Source: Bdellovibrionales bacterium
GTDB lineage: Bacteria; Bdellovibrionota; Bdellovibrionia; Bdellovibrionales; UBA1609
Length of the DNA: 64,000 nucleotides
Assembly: GCA_965203095.1 (NCBI GenBank)
Contig: OZ241877.1
Coordinates: 1,056,001 to 1,120,000, forward strand
Direction of reading: 5' to 3'
Shown here: positions 40,313 through 48,521 of the stretch, piece after piece
Layout: every line of letters begins with the position of its first letter
Numbering within the stretch: position 1 is the first letter of the stretch
Notes under the pieces: model-generated
What the model saw: only the letters and a program-made list of their open reading frames with translations
The model's database searches: none
Told to the model about the DNA's origin: nothing
Program-made: the position numbers and the translations under genes

Positions 40313-41209
40313 TTATTTTTTCTTACTGATCTCTGTCATCCTGCTTTCCTCTTCGCTGTTTTTAGCACCTTCTAAATTGTAAATAGCGGCTCTCAAAGCA
40401 GAAACTGCCCGGCGGGAGCTTTCTTTTAAGCTGTTGTTTTCTACTTGCAAATCTTGATTTTTTTTGTGTGCTCCGTCCAAATTGCTTTTAATTTTTTGAA
40501 TTTGCTTTTTTAAATCGATAATTTGTTTGTCTTTTTCCCTCTGAAGGACAGAATTTTCCATTTTTAAAATTTCAACCCGACTTTCTAAGGAGCTTTCTCT
40601 GGCATGGATCCCCTGCAAATTGCTGGATAACCTTTTCTCTAACTCCTGTTTTTTAGCTTGTAGGTGACGGACCTGAGTTTTAGCCTCTTCTAAGGTGGAG
40701 AGGAGAACCTCTTTTTCCTCCTTAGAGCTGTCTTTTTCCTCTTTCAAGCTGTATTTTAAGTCTTCCAGTTTGGATTTTAAAGAGCTGTTTTTTTCCTTCA
40801 AAATTTCCCCAGCTGAAATTAAGGACTCCTGCTTTTGCCTTAAATCGTTCAGCTCAGTTTCTAAATCTGTGATTTTATCCTGTGCAATCCGTAAGCTTTC
40901 TGATTGCAGGAGATGCATTTGCAGGGGTGAAGATGAGGCGGGTTCGCCGGTCTGTTTTGAAAGCATCTGAAGTTTTCGGGCATGCAGGGCAGTGAGCCTA
41001 TCCTCATGGCTGGTTTGAGTTTGTCCTTCCTTTTTTGAAGAGGAAGCTTTTTGTTGGTTCTCTTTTTTGGTATTTTTTTTGGAAGGGGCTTGAGCATTAG
41101 GCTTTTTTGCCTGAGAGCTTTTAGGATCGGGAGGAACAATGGAGATCTTTTGACTTTTGGGCTTGGCCAAAGTAGCCAATATCTGCTTTAGTTTAGTTTT
41201 TTCATTCAT
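40313..41209 (-). CDS. Coiled-coil protein
   Basis: Low-complexity N-terminus then a long heptad-rich region. Confidence 0.7.
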   Translation of the reverse strand: MNEKTKLKQILATLAKPKSQKISIVPPDPKSSQAKKPNAQAPSKKNTKKENQQKASSSKKEGQTQTSHEDRLTALHARKLQMLSKQTGEPASSSPLQMHLLQSESLRIAQDKITDLETELNDLRQKQESLISAGEILKEKNSSLKSKLEDLKYSLKEEKDSSKEEKEVLLSTLEEAKTQVRHLQAKKQELEKRLSSNLQGIHARESSLESRVEILKMENSVLQREKDKQIIDLKKQIQKIKSNLDGAHKKNQDLQVENNSLKESSRRAVSALRAAIYNLEGAKNSEEESRMTEISKKK

Positions 41210-41482
41210 ATTTTAACCTCATTGCTCGGTCTATAAAGCTTTTCGGCAAAAAAAAGGGATTTCTAAAGTTTTATAGGAATATTTCTGCCTTTTTTAGGGG
41301 ACTTGAGGAATGCTCCTCCATAAACTTTTCTGATGGCCCTAAAAAAGGTTCTATAAAACTATTGACAAAAACATAACTTTGTAGAGAGATAGCTGTTAAG
41401 CCTTTGTTTTTTTCAAAGGCTTTGAAGTGGAAAGGCATTTGGCCATGGACTGTTTTTTTCGTGTTTTGTTATAAGGCTTTTT

Positions 41483-42763
41483 ATGCGTCAAGAACCTGAT
41501 GAGTTATTAAGTAATTTCTTTTACAGAAACACTATCGATTCTATTGAAAGAGCGGGAAAAGTCATAGATGTAGACCTCAATGTTATCGCTCGACTGAGGT
41601 ATCCTCGCCGGGCTATTCGAGTGTCTATACCTGTCCGAATGGACGATCACAGCATTCAGGTTTTCAGAGGCTACAGAGTCCAGCACAATCACACATTAGG
41701 GCCTTTTAAAGGCGGTATTCGCTATCACCCTTCTGTGAGCTTAGGGGAAGTTGCGGCTTTGGCCATTTTGATGACCTGTAAAAACTCCCTTCTCAATCTC
41801 CCCTTAGGCGGGGCTAAGGGAGGGGTTCAGGTTAACCCCAATCTATTATCTAAAATGGAGTTAGAAGCTTTAACCAGAAGATTTGCCACAGAGCTTGGGC
41901 CTTTTATAGGGCCGGATAAGGATATTCCTGCCCCCGATGTGGGCACAAATTCTGAAACTATGGCCTGGATGTTAGACACCTTCTCCTTAGAGACCGGCTT
42001 TTCCCAAACGGGGGTGGTGACTGGCAAACCTGTAGAGATTGGAGGTTCCCGTGGTAGAAATTCCTCTACCGGTTTAGGTGTGGTTTATATTTCTAAACAG
42101 GCTTTAGAAAGCCAAAATAAAGAAATATCCACAGCCACTTTCGCCATTCAGGGTTTTGGTAAGGTGGGCTCTCATGTGGGTATAGAAGCCCATGCTATGG
42201 GGGCAAAAATTGTGGCTGTGAGCGATGTTCAAGGAGGAATTTACAATTCCAATGGCATCAATATCAGTGAGCTTTTCCGCTATCTCAGGAAAAATCGCTT
42301 TGTCCAGGGCTTTCCTAAAACAGAAAATATCTCCAACGAGCAATTGTTGGAGTTGGATGTGGATGTGCTTTGCCCTTGTGCTTTAGAGCATGTGATTCAT
42401 GAAAAAAATGTTCAGCAGATTCAAGCCAAAATCATTGTGGAAGGGGCTAACGGCCCTTTAACTCCAGAAGCCTCAGATGAACTTTCACAAAGAGATATTT
42501 TAGTTGTCCCTGATATTTTGGCCAATGGTGGAGGGGCCGCAGTTAGCTATTTTGAGTGGGTTCAGGATATCAGCTGGCTTTTTTGGACAGAGCAGGAAGT
42601 TCGTCAAAAATTAAGGGAGATTATGACCAATGCTTTTGCAAGAGTTTGGAATTTCACTAAAAAATACCAATCTAAAAAGGACAAAAACAATTTAAGGCTT
42701 TCTGCCATAGCCATTTCCCTTTTGCGGTTAGAAAAAGCTATGAGGCTTAGAGGGCAAATTTGA
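41483..42763 (+). CDS. gdhA: Glu/Leu/Phe/Val dehydrogenase (glutamate dehydrogenase)
   Basis: GYRVQH, GPFKGGIRYH, GGAKGG, DIPAPDVGT, QGFGKVG, EGANGP, SYFEWVQ. Confidence 0.93.
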   Translation: MRQEPDELLSNFFYRNTIDSIERAGKVIDVDLNVIARLRYPRRAIRVSIPVRMDDHSIQVFRGYRVQHNHTLGPFKGGIRYHPSVSLGEVAALAILMTCKNSLLNLPLGGAKGGVQVNPNLLSKMELEALTRRFATELGPFIGPDKDIPAPDVGTNSETMAWMLDTFSLETGFSQTGVVTGKPVEIGGSRGRNSSTGLGVVYISKQALESQNKEISTATFAIQGFGKVGSHVGIEAHAMGAKIVAVSDVQGGIYNSNGINISELFRYLRKNRFVQGFPKTENISNEQLLELDVDVLCPCALEHVIHEKNVQQIQAKIIVEGANGPLTPEASDELSQRDILVVPDILANGGGAAVSYFEWVQDISWLFWTEQEVRQKLREIMTNAFARVWNFTKKYQSKKDKNNLRLSAIAISLLRLEKAMRLRGQI

Positions 42764-42814
42764 GAGAACCAGAAGGCGAGTTTTGCCCTCCGGCCCGCTT
42801 GACTTTTTTAAACG

Positions 42815-43960
42815 ATGGGCCGGTGGCTACTAATGATTGAGAAGGGGAATTATTTCCGGCCCTGGCTGTTCCTGCCAGCACATTGGACCTATTCCCTCAG
42901 TCCTTGGGCCTTAAAAGTTTACCGCCAGATCCGCCCCACAAGCTCTTGTTTGTGGCGATCCTTTAGCTGGAGGGGGATGGACTTTTCTAACCCTTTGGGC
43001 ACAGCAGGAGGTGTGGATAAAAACGCACTTAATATTCAGGATTGGCAAAGTTTAGGGGCCGGCTTTGTGGAGATTGGCACAGTCACTCCTGAGCCTCAAA
43101 AGCCCAACCCGGGGGAAATTTTAGATCGAAGTTTAAGGCACAAATCCCTTTGGAACAATATGGGTTCTCCTAACAAAGGCTTGAACTTTGTCCGGCAAAG
43201 GCTTTCCCTTTTGCCTTCTCATAGTGGTTTAGCCAAAAACTTTCCTATAGAGATAAAAAATCCTGCCCCATCTTTGGGAAAAGATGTTTTGCCTCAAACT
43301 GAACCTAAGGTGGATAAGCCTATAGCACAAAATGGGAATTTTAATGCGAAAACGAAAAATCCTATTCCTATTTTTATAAACATTGGCAAAAACAGGGAGA
43401 CTCCAATTTCTCAAGCGGTTGAGGATTATAAAAAATCCTTAAAGGCTTTGCAAACCTTTGCCTCTGCTTTTGTGATCAATATCAGTAGCCCTAACACAGA
43501 GGGCTTAAGAGATCTTTTTGACAAAAAAACTCTTCCTCAATTTTTAAAATCTATTAAAGGGGCTATGCAGGATTTAAATTTGAATACTCCTTTAATTTTA
43601 AAAATCAGTCCAGATGAAACAGATTTTCTTCGTATTGTGGATCAGTCCATAGAGGCGGGAGTGGATGGCTGGTCTGTTTGCAACAGCACAAGTGAGAGGA
43701 AAATTCCAGGGCTTTTCCCTAAAAAAGGCGGAATTTCCGGAAAGCTTTTAGCCAATAAGTCCCTATCTCTTTTAAAACAGCTGAAAAAGCATTTGAGCAG
43801 GAACAGAGCTGTTGGCTTAGTGATATCTTGTGGCGGAGTTTTAACAGCTGAAGATGCGTTAGAGAGGTTGGAGGAGGGAGCGGACTTGGTTCAAGTCTAT
43901 TCTGCTTTGGTTTTTGAGGGGCCGGGCTTTTTTCGATCTGTTTTTAAAAAACTTTCTTAA
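42815..43960 (+). CDS. pyrD: Quinone-dependent dihydroorotate dehydrogenase
   Basis: NPLGTAGGVDK, EIGTVTP, NIGKN, NISSPNTEGLR, LKISPD, GGISG, LVQVYS. Confidence 0.9.
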   Translation: MGRWLLMIEKGNYFRPWLFLPAHWTYSLSPWALKVYRQIRPTSSCLWRSFSWRGMDFSNPLGTAGGVDKNALNIQDWQSLGAGFVEIGTVTPEPQKPNPGEILDRSLRHKSLWNNMGSPNKGLNFVRQRLSLLPSHSGLAKNFPIEIKNPAPSLGKDVLPQTEPKVDKPIAQNGNFNAKTKNPIPIFINIGKNRETPISQAVEDYKKSLKALQTFASAFVINISSPNTEGLRDLFDKKTLPQFLKSIKGAMQDLNLNTPLILKISPDETDFLRIVDQSIEAGVDGWSVCNSTSERKIPGLFPKKGGISGKLLANKSLSLLKQLKKHLSRNRAVGLVISCGGVLTAEDALERLEEGADLVQVYSALVFEGPGFFRSVFKKLS

Positions 43961-43992
43961 GCCCCCCTTCCCTCTCTTTGACGGAATCTTTT

Positions 43993-44211
43993 TTTAGGGG
44001 TATGTCGTCTGCTTGTCGTCTGCTTGTCGTCTGCCAGAATACTACCGATTATGTCCTTCCGTTCTTGAAGAAAGCCTATAAAATCAATGCTTTCAGGGGG
44101 TATGTCGTCTGCCTGTCGTCTGCCAGAATACTGCTGGTTATGAACCCAATCACTTACAAAAAGCCTATAAAATCAATGCTTTCAGGGGGTATGTCGTCTG
44201 CCTGTCGTCTG
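43993..44211 (+). repeat. 89-bp-period repeat array: 52-bp conserved unit (two full copies, one partial) with nested 11-bp TGTCGTCTGCY repeats and 37-bp variable linkers
   Basis: AAAGCCTATAAAATCAATGCTTTCAGGGGGTATGTCGTCTGCCTGTCGTCTG at 44071-44122 and 44160-44211; partial copy at 43993-44033. Confidence 0.92.
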
Positions 44212-44350
44212 ATCTTTTTATGTTTTTGATCAATTCTTTGGACAAAAAGGCCCGAAACAGCTTAAAGGCTATTCCTATCTAAGTTATTATGACATCTCTA
44301 AGATAAGAATTGTTTATCTTTGGTCTATAAATACTGGTAAAGGTTAAAAA

Positions 44351-45747
44351 ATGGGTTTTTACACAAAAACAGTCTTATTGGAAAATTTTATAAAAGAGTG
44401 GGAACGAGAACAGAAAAAATGACCTCAGGAGAAAAACAAGCACTGGAATTAAAATGTCCTGGTCTTGATTTTTCAAGTTTTGATTATAAAGGAAAAATAA
44501 AAGCTTCTTTAGTTTTAGATTTTGCCAAGTTTTTAAAAAATAGTAACGAGGACTGGGTAAAGTTATCCGCAAGCAATGTTTTGTCTAAACTGAATATAAG
44601 AGATAAAAATGTTTCAGGCATTTTATTTGGAGACTTTTCTTTTAGAGTTGCACATTATAATCAAGAATCTGAACTTACAGATCAGGATGAAAAAGAAGGT
44701 TTATATTCTTTATTAAAAGAGGATTTTATCCAACATATTCAGTCATGGACAAGAACTAAAGCGATCAGTTTAGTTCCTGGTTCTTTATCTATTACAGAGG
44801 AAAAACCCTATCCTGATTCTGTTTTAAGAGAAGTCCTTGTTAATGCTGTTGCTCATTCTGCTTTTGAAAAACAAGAAAGAAAAATAACAGTGGAATTGTA
44901 TCGGAATAGGATTAGAGTCTCAAATCACTGTTCAGCTAAAGCCACAGCTTTTATAAATAAAAAGTTTTCTCAAGGTCATTTTTCTTATAATCCTTTTTTA
45001 ATGAAAATTTTAAGGAAAGCTAATTTTTCTGATGAGTTTGGAACAGGAAAAAATAAAATTTTTAAATATATGATTGAGAGCGGAAGAAGAGAACCCCTCT
45101 TTGAGTATCAGAAAATATCAGATGATTATGGTATATGGTCCGTCACTATATATAATGAACAACCAAATAAAAATTTTTTAACACTCCTTAAAAAGCTTAA
45201 AAAAATATATGAAAGTAATACAGATAAATATAAAATTTCAGCGGCCTTAGTATTATGGAGAGATAAAACTCTGGAAGAAATTTTTAATTACATAGACGAG
45301 TATCATAAAAAGCTTATTCATGAGATTCTTTCTGATAAAAATTCTCCTTTTTTATTAACAACTGAATACTCACAAAAAAATAAGAAAAAACCAGTGGCAA
45401 GAATCCTTTTAAAGAGGTGGGTAAAAGTTCAATTAGAGGGTCAGGAGTCAAAAGTGTTTTCAAAAGCAGAAGAAAATAAATTTAAAAAAATATTACAGAA
45501 CTATGCTTATGAAGAAAATCGAGGTGGTTATATAACCAACAAAGAAGCAAGACATCTTTTTGGTTTATCTAATAGTCAGTCAGAAATAGTGCAATTATCA
45601 AAATTATTTCAACAATGGGAGAAAACCGGTTTTATAGAAAAAGGAAAGAGAAGAAGAGATTGGAAAATCAAGAAAAAACCAAAATCATCAGAGCTTTCAA
45701 TTAAAGATTTATTTGAATACTATTTAAAAAAAGAAGAAAAAAAATAA
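44351..45747 (+). CDS. Compact AlbA-like + HATPase_c_4 + HTH protein (start uncertain; possible frameshift at A6, 44414-44419)
   Basis: GEKQALELK, YPDSVLREVLVNAVAH, DEFGTG, GYITNKEARHLFGL; ATG 44351 frame joins the main frame if the A6 run is A7, otherwise start at ATG 44419. Confidence 0.7.
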
Positions 45748-45837
45748 CATTAAAAAATATAGATTTATCTTCATCAGGGCTTCTTAGACTTTAGTCTATG
45801 ACTGATCACCTGTCAAAAATCTCTACAATTTTCTCAG

Positions 45838-46096
45838 AGTTTGTCCAAAAGTCCCTCCAGACTTCTTAGCTCCCGTGAAAACGAGAATCCAGAAGAGTCT
45901 GCACTCGCGAAAGCAGGGGGCCTTCCCGCAAAGCCTGTTAAAAAGCCCTGTAGACTTTTTCGGCTTGCCCCCGGCAAGTTTGCCAAAAAGCTCCCCAAGC
46001 TTTTTAGCTCCCGCGAAAGCGGGAATCCAGATGGCCTCTCACGAAGCAAGTCATTCCCGTGAAAACGGGAATCCAGAAGAGTTTGCACTCGCGAAA
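45838..46096 (+). repeat. REP/dRS3-like composite repeat cluster
   Basis: Units at 45870-45891, 46008-46029 and 46050-46075 (exact ATTCCC-N8-GGGAAT at 46053-46072); 41-bp direct repeat 45872-45912 / 46056-46096. Confidence 0.9.
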
Positions 46097-46171
46097 AATT
46101 TGCTTATACTATAAATTATTTTCACGGACGACTATTTAATTTTAGGCTGAACCAGCCGATAAGATTCATAT

Positions 46172-46936
46172 ATGGAAACAACTAAGAATATTGAGTATTT
46201 TGTCCATCATAGAAGCAAACAAAGGATCCGGGACTTTGGGGAAGTTTGGACTCCTGCAAAATATGTCCATCAACTGCTGGATATGTTGAACAAATCTATT
46301 TGGACGGACACTAACACTATTTTTTTTGAGCCTACCTGCGGGCATGGCAATTTTGTTTCAGCTATAGTTAAAAGGCGGTTAAATGCTCTTTTAGGCAAAG
46401 CAAAAAAGCAGAAAATTAAAAAGCCTCATTTTTATTCTGTAGCAAACACTTTAAATAATCTTTGGGCTATAGATATTGAATATAGGAACATAGAATCTTG
46501 CAGAGGCAGAGTGCAATCTCTTGTTTTTGATTTTCTGTGGGAGCAGGAAAAAAACAAAAGCTCTTTAAATGAGTTTATAACAGAAAATAAAAGTTTTTTA
46601 GCTCATGCTTTATCTTGTATTGAGTGGCAAATACATAAAAACGAAGTTCTTTCTTGTTTGGAAACAGATATTTTGAAGGCTACGGAGGTGTCTGATAAAA
46701 CAGCTGTCAGCAGAAAATGGTTTAAAAGGAATGGGCATCATCCGATAGATTTTAATAAAACTTGGTTATGGCATTTTTCTGCTTGCAAAAAGAAAAATAC
46801 TATTCCTATTGAATACACAAAAAACTTTAAAATTGTAAGCTTATTAACTAAAAAGAGAGAAAAAATTCAAAAACATAAATCAACTGTTGAGGAGTTTGGC
46901 TTTACAAACTTTAGTTTTAAAGCCAAAGTCGCATGA
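46172..46936 (+). CDS. Short N6-adenine MTase-like subunit (motifs X and I, no NPPY)
   Basis: RIRDFGEVWTP, FFEPTCGHGNF, WAIDI. Confidence 0.75.
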   Translation: METTKNIEYFVHHRSKQRIRDFGEVWTPAKYVHQLLDMLNKSIWTDTNTIFFEPTCGHGNFVSAIVKRRLNALLGKAKKQKIKKPHFYSVANTLNNLWAIDIEYRNIESCRGRVQSLVFDFLWEQEKNKSSLNEFITENKSFLAHALSCIEWQIHKNEVLSCLETDILKATEVSDKTAVSRKWFKRNGHHPIDFNKTWLWHFSACKKKNTIPIEYTKNFKIVSLLTKKREKIQKHKSTVEEFGFTNFSFKAKVA

Positions 46937-46987
46937 AGAGAGAATTGATAAAAATTATAATATTGAAAGAAAAGGAGGGAAAGTTTT

Positions 46988-48448
46988 ATGTCAGCACAGT
47001 TAAAGCTCAATAATGTAAATACTCATGTTGTGGATATTTTAAGTAGTGTCCAAGGGCGAGATCAGCCTGTGATGAAAATGGATAAAGCTGTGGAATTAGT
47101 GAGCTGTCTTGATAAGGAGATTTTTACAAATAATGATTATGTGTTTTTTAATCCTTTTTGCAAAGCTGGAGAAATTTTATTGGCTACAGCTCTTGTTTCA
47201 ATACTGTATAAGTCTAAAAAAAAACTTGCAGATTTGTCTGCTGTTTGTAGAGAAATGTATGAAAGTGATAGATATTTTGCTCTGGCCCCGGATGAAAGGC
47301 ATTACAAGCTCAGCATTAGAACTTTTTATGGAAATGAAAAATCTCACAATAAACATTGGATCAAAAATATTAAAAACGGCAACTACTTGTCAGAAATTGA
47401 CGGAAGGCTTAACAAAGAACAATTTAACAGGAGGCTGAGGACCATGTTAGAATATATAAAAGAAAAAACTGGAAACAAAAAAATTATTGCTATAGGCAAC
47501 CCCCCTTATCAAGAAAATTATAAAGAAACAAATAGCAATACAGGAGCAAATCCTATTTATCATTTTCTTTTAGAATCTCTTATTGAGAGCAAGCGAATTG
47601 ATCAGTTTGTAATGATTATTCCTTCCAGATGGTTTGCTGGAGGTAGAGGCAAATCTCTCAGAAATTTTGCCTCAAAATTAAGAAAATCCAATCAGATAAG
47701 ACAAATATACGATTTTGAAAATTCTAAAGATATTTTTCCAACAGTAGAAATAAAAGGAGGTGTATGTTTTTTACATTGGTCTAAAAATTATAATGGGACA
47801 ACTCTATTTTATAACAGTGCAAGAGACGAAAAGGATAAGTTAAATTTATCTAAAAACAACCTTATAATAAGAGATAAGCTCTCCAGATCTATCGTCCAAA
47901 AAATAAATAAAAAAAGTATGAAATATATTTCAGAAATAGCATGGTCATGGAATCCTTTTGGTTTGTCCAGCAACTACTTTGATAAAAACTCGGAATGTCA
48001 AAAAGGAGACTTAATAGACTGTTTTACAAAAAGAAGGATAAAAAGAAAAATTGATCAATCAAAAATAAATAAAAATAAAGACAAAATAGGAACTTATAAA
48101 ATAGCTTGTCCAAAAGCCATAAAAACAGGAGGAGTGCCCTATAGAAAAGATCAGATTTTTATAATGAATCCAAAAGAGATATGCACAGAAACTTATATGG
48201 TAATTAATAGTTTTAGATCACAAAATGAGGCTAAGAGTTTTTTAAGATATTTAGCTACTGATTTTGTGAGATTTTTAGTCAGTGTGAAAAAAATCACACA
48301 AGACATTACAAAAGAAACATGGTCATTAGTCCCCTATTTTGGAAAAATAAATAAAAATTGGACTGATGAAAAGTTATTTAGATATTTCAACCTCAATAAA
48401 GAAGAACAAAAATATATTAAAAAACAAAATAAAAAATGGGCTACTTAA
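46988..48448 (+). CDS. Eco57I-type gamma-class adenine methyltransferase with target-recognition region
   Basis: FFNPFCKAGE (atypical motif I), IGNPPYQE, IIPSRWFAGG, IFPTVEIKGGVCF, CTETY, WTDEKLFRYFNL. Confidence 0.8.
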   Translation: MSAQLKLNNVNTHVVDILSSVQGRDQPVMKMDKAVELVSCLDKEIFTNNDYVFFNPFCKAGEILLATALVSILYKSKKKLADLSAVCREMYESDRYFALAPDERHYKLSIRTFYGNEKSHNKHWIKNIKNGNYLSEIDGRLNKEQFNRRLRTMLEYIKEKTGNKKIIAIGNPPYQENYKETNSNTGANPIYHFLLESLIESKRIDQFVMIIPSRWFAGGRGKSLRNFASKLRKSNQIRQIYDFENSKDIFPTVEIKGGVCFLHWSKNYNGTTLFYNSARDEKDKLNLSKNNLIIRDKLSRSIVQKINKKSMKYISEIAWSWNPFGLSSNYFDKNSECQKGDLIDCFTKRRIKRKIDQSKINKNKDKIGTYKIACPKAIKTGGVPYRKDQIFIMNPKEICTETYMVINSFRSQNEAKSFLRYLATDFVRFLVSVKKITQDITKETWSLVPYFGKINKNWTDEKLFRYFNLNKEEQKYIKKQNKKWAT

Positions 48449-48521
48449 ATAAAACTTTTGACTTAAAAAATCTGTTCAAGTTAATCAGATTGTAGCATAT
48501 AAACTATGGAGGTAAGCAGTT

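Noticed and set aside
43993..44211. Canonical CRISPR array; 83-aa ORF 43978-44229
   Set aside because: Only two full repeats of 52 bp, linkers partly share sequence, no cas genes; the ORF looks like a by-product of the repeats
45834..46114. Three overlapping short ORFs
   Set aside because: They translate REP palindromes (SRESGNP, LDSRFHGND); the same applies to 10951-11208 and 35959-36225
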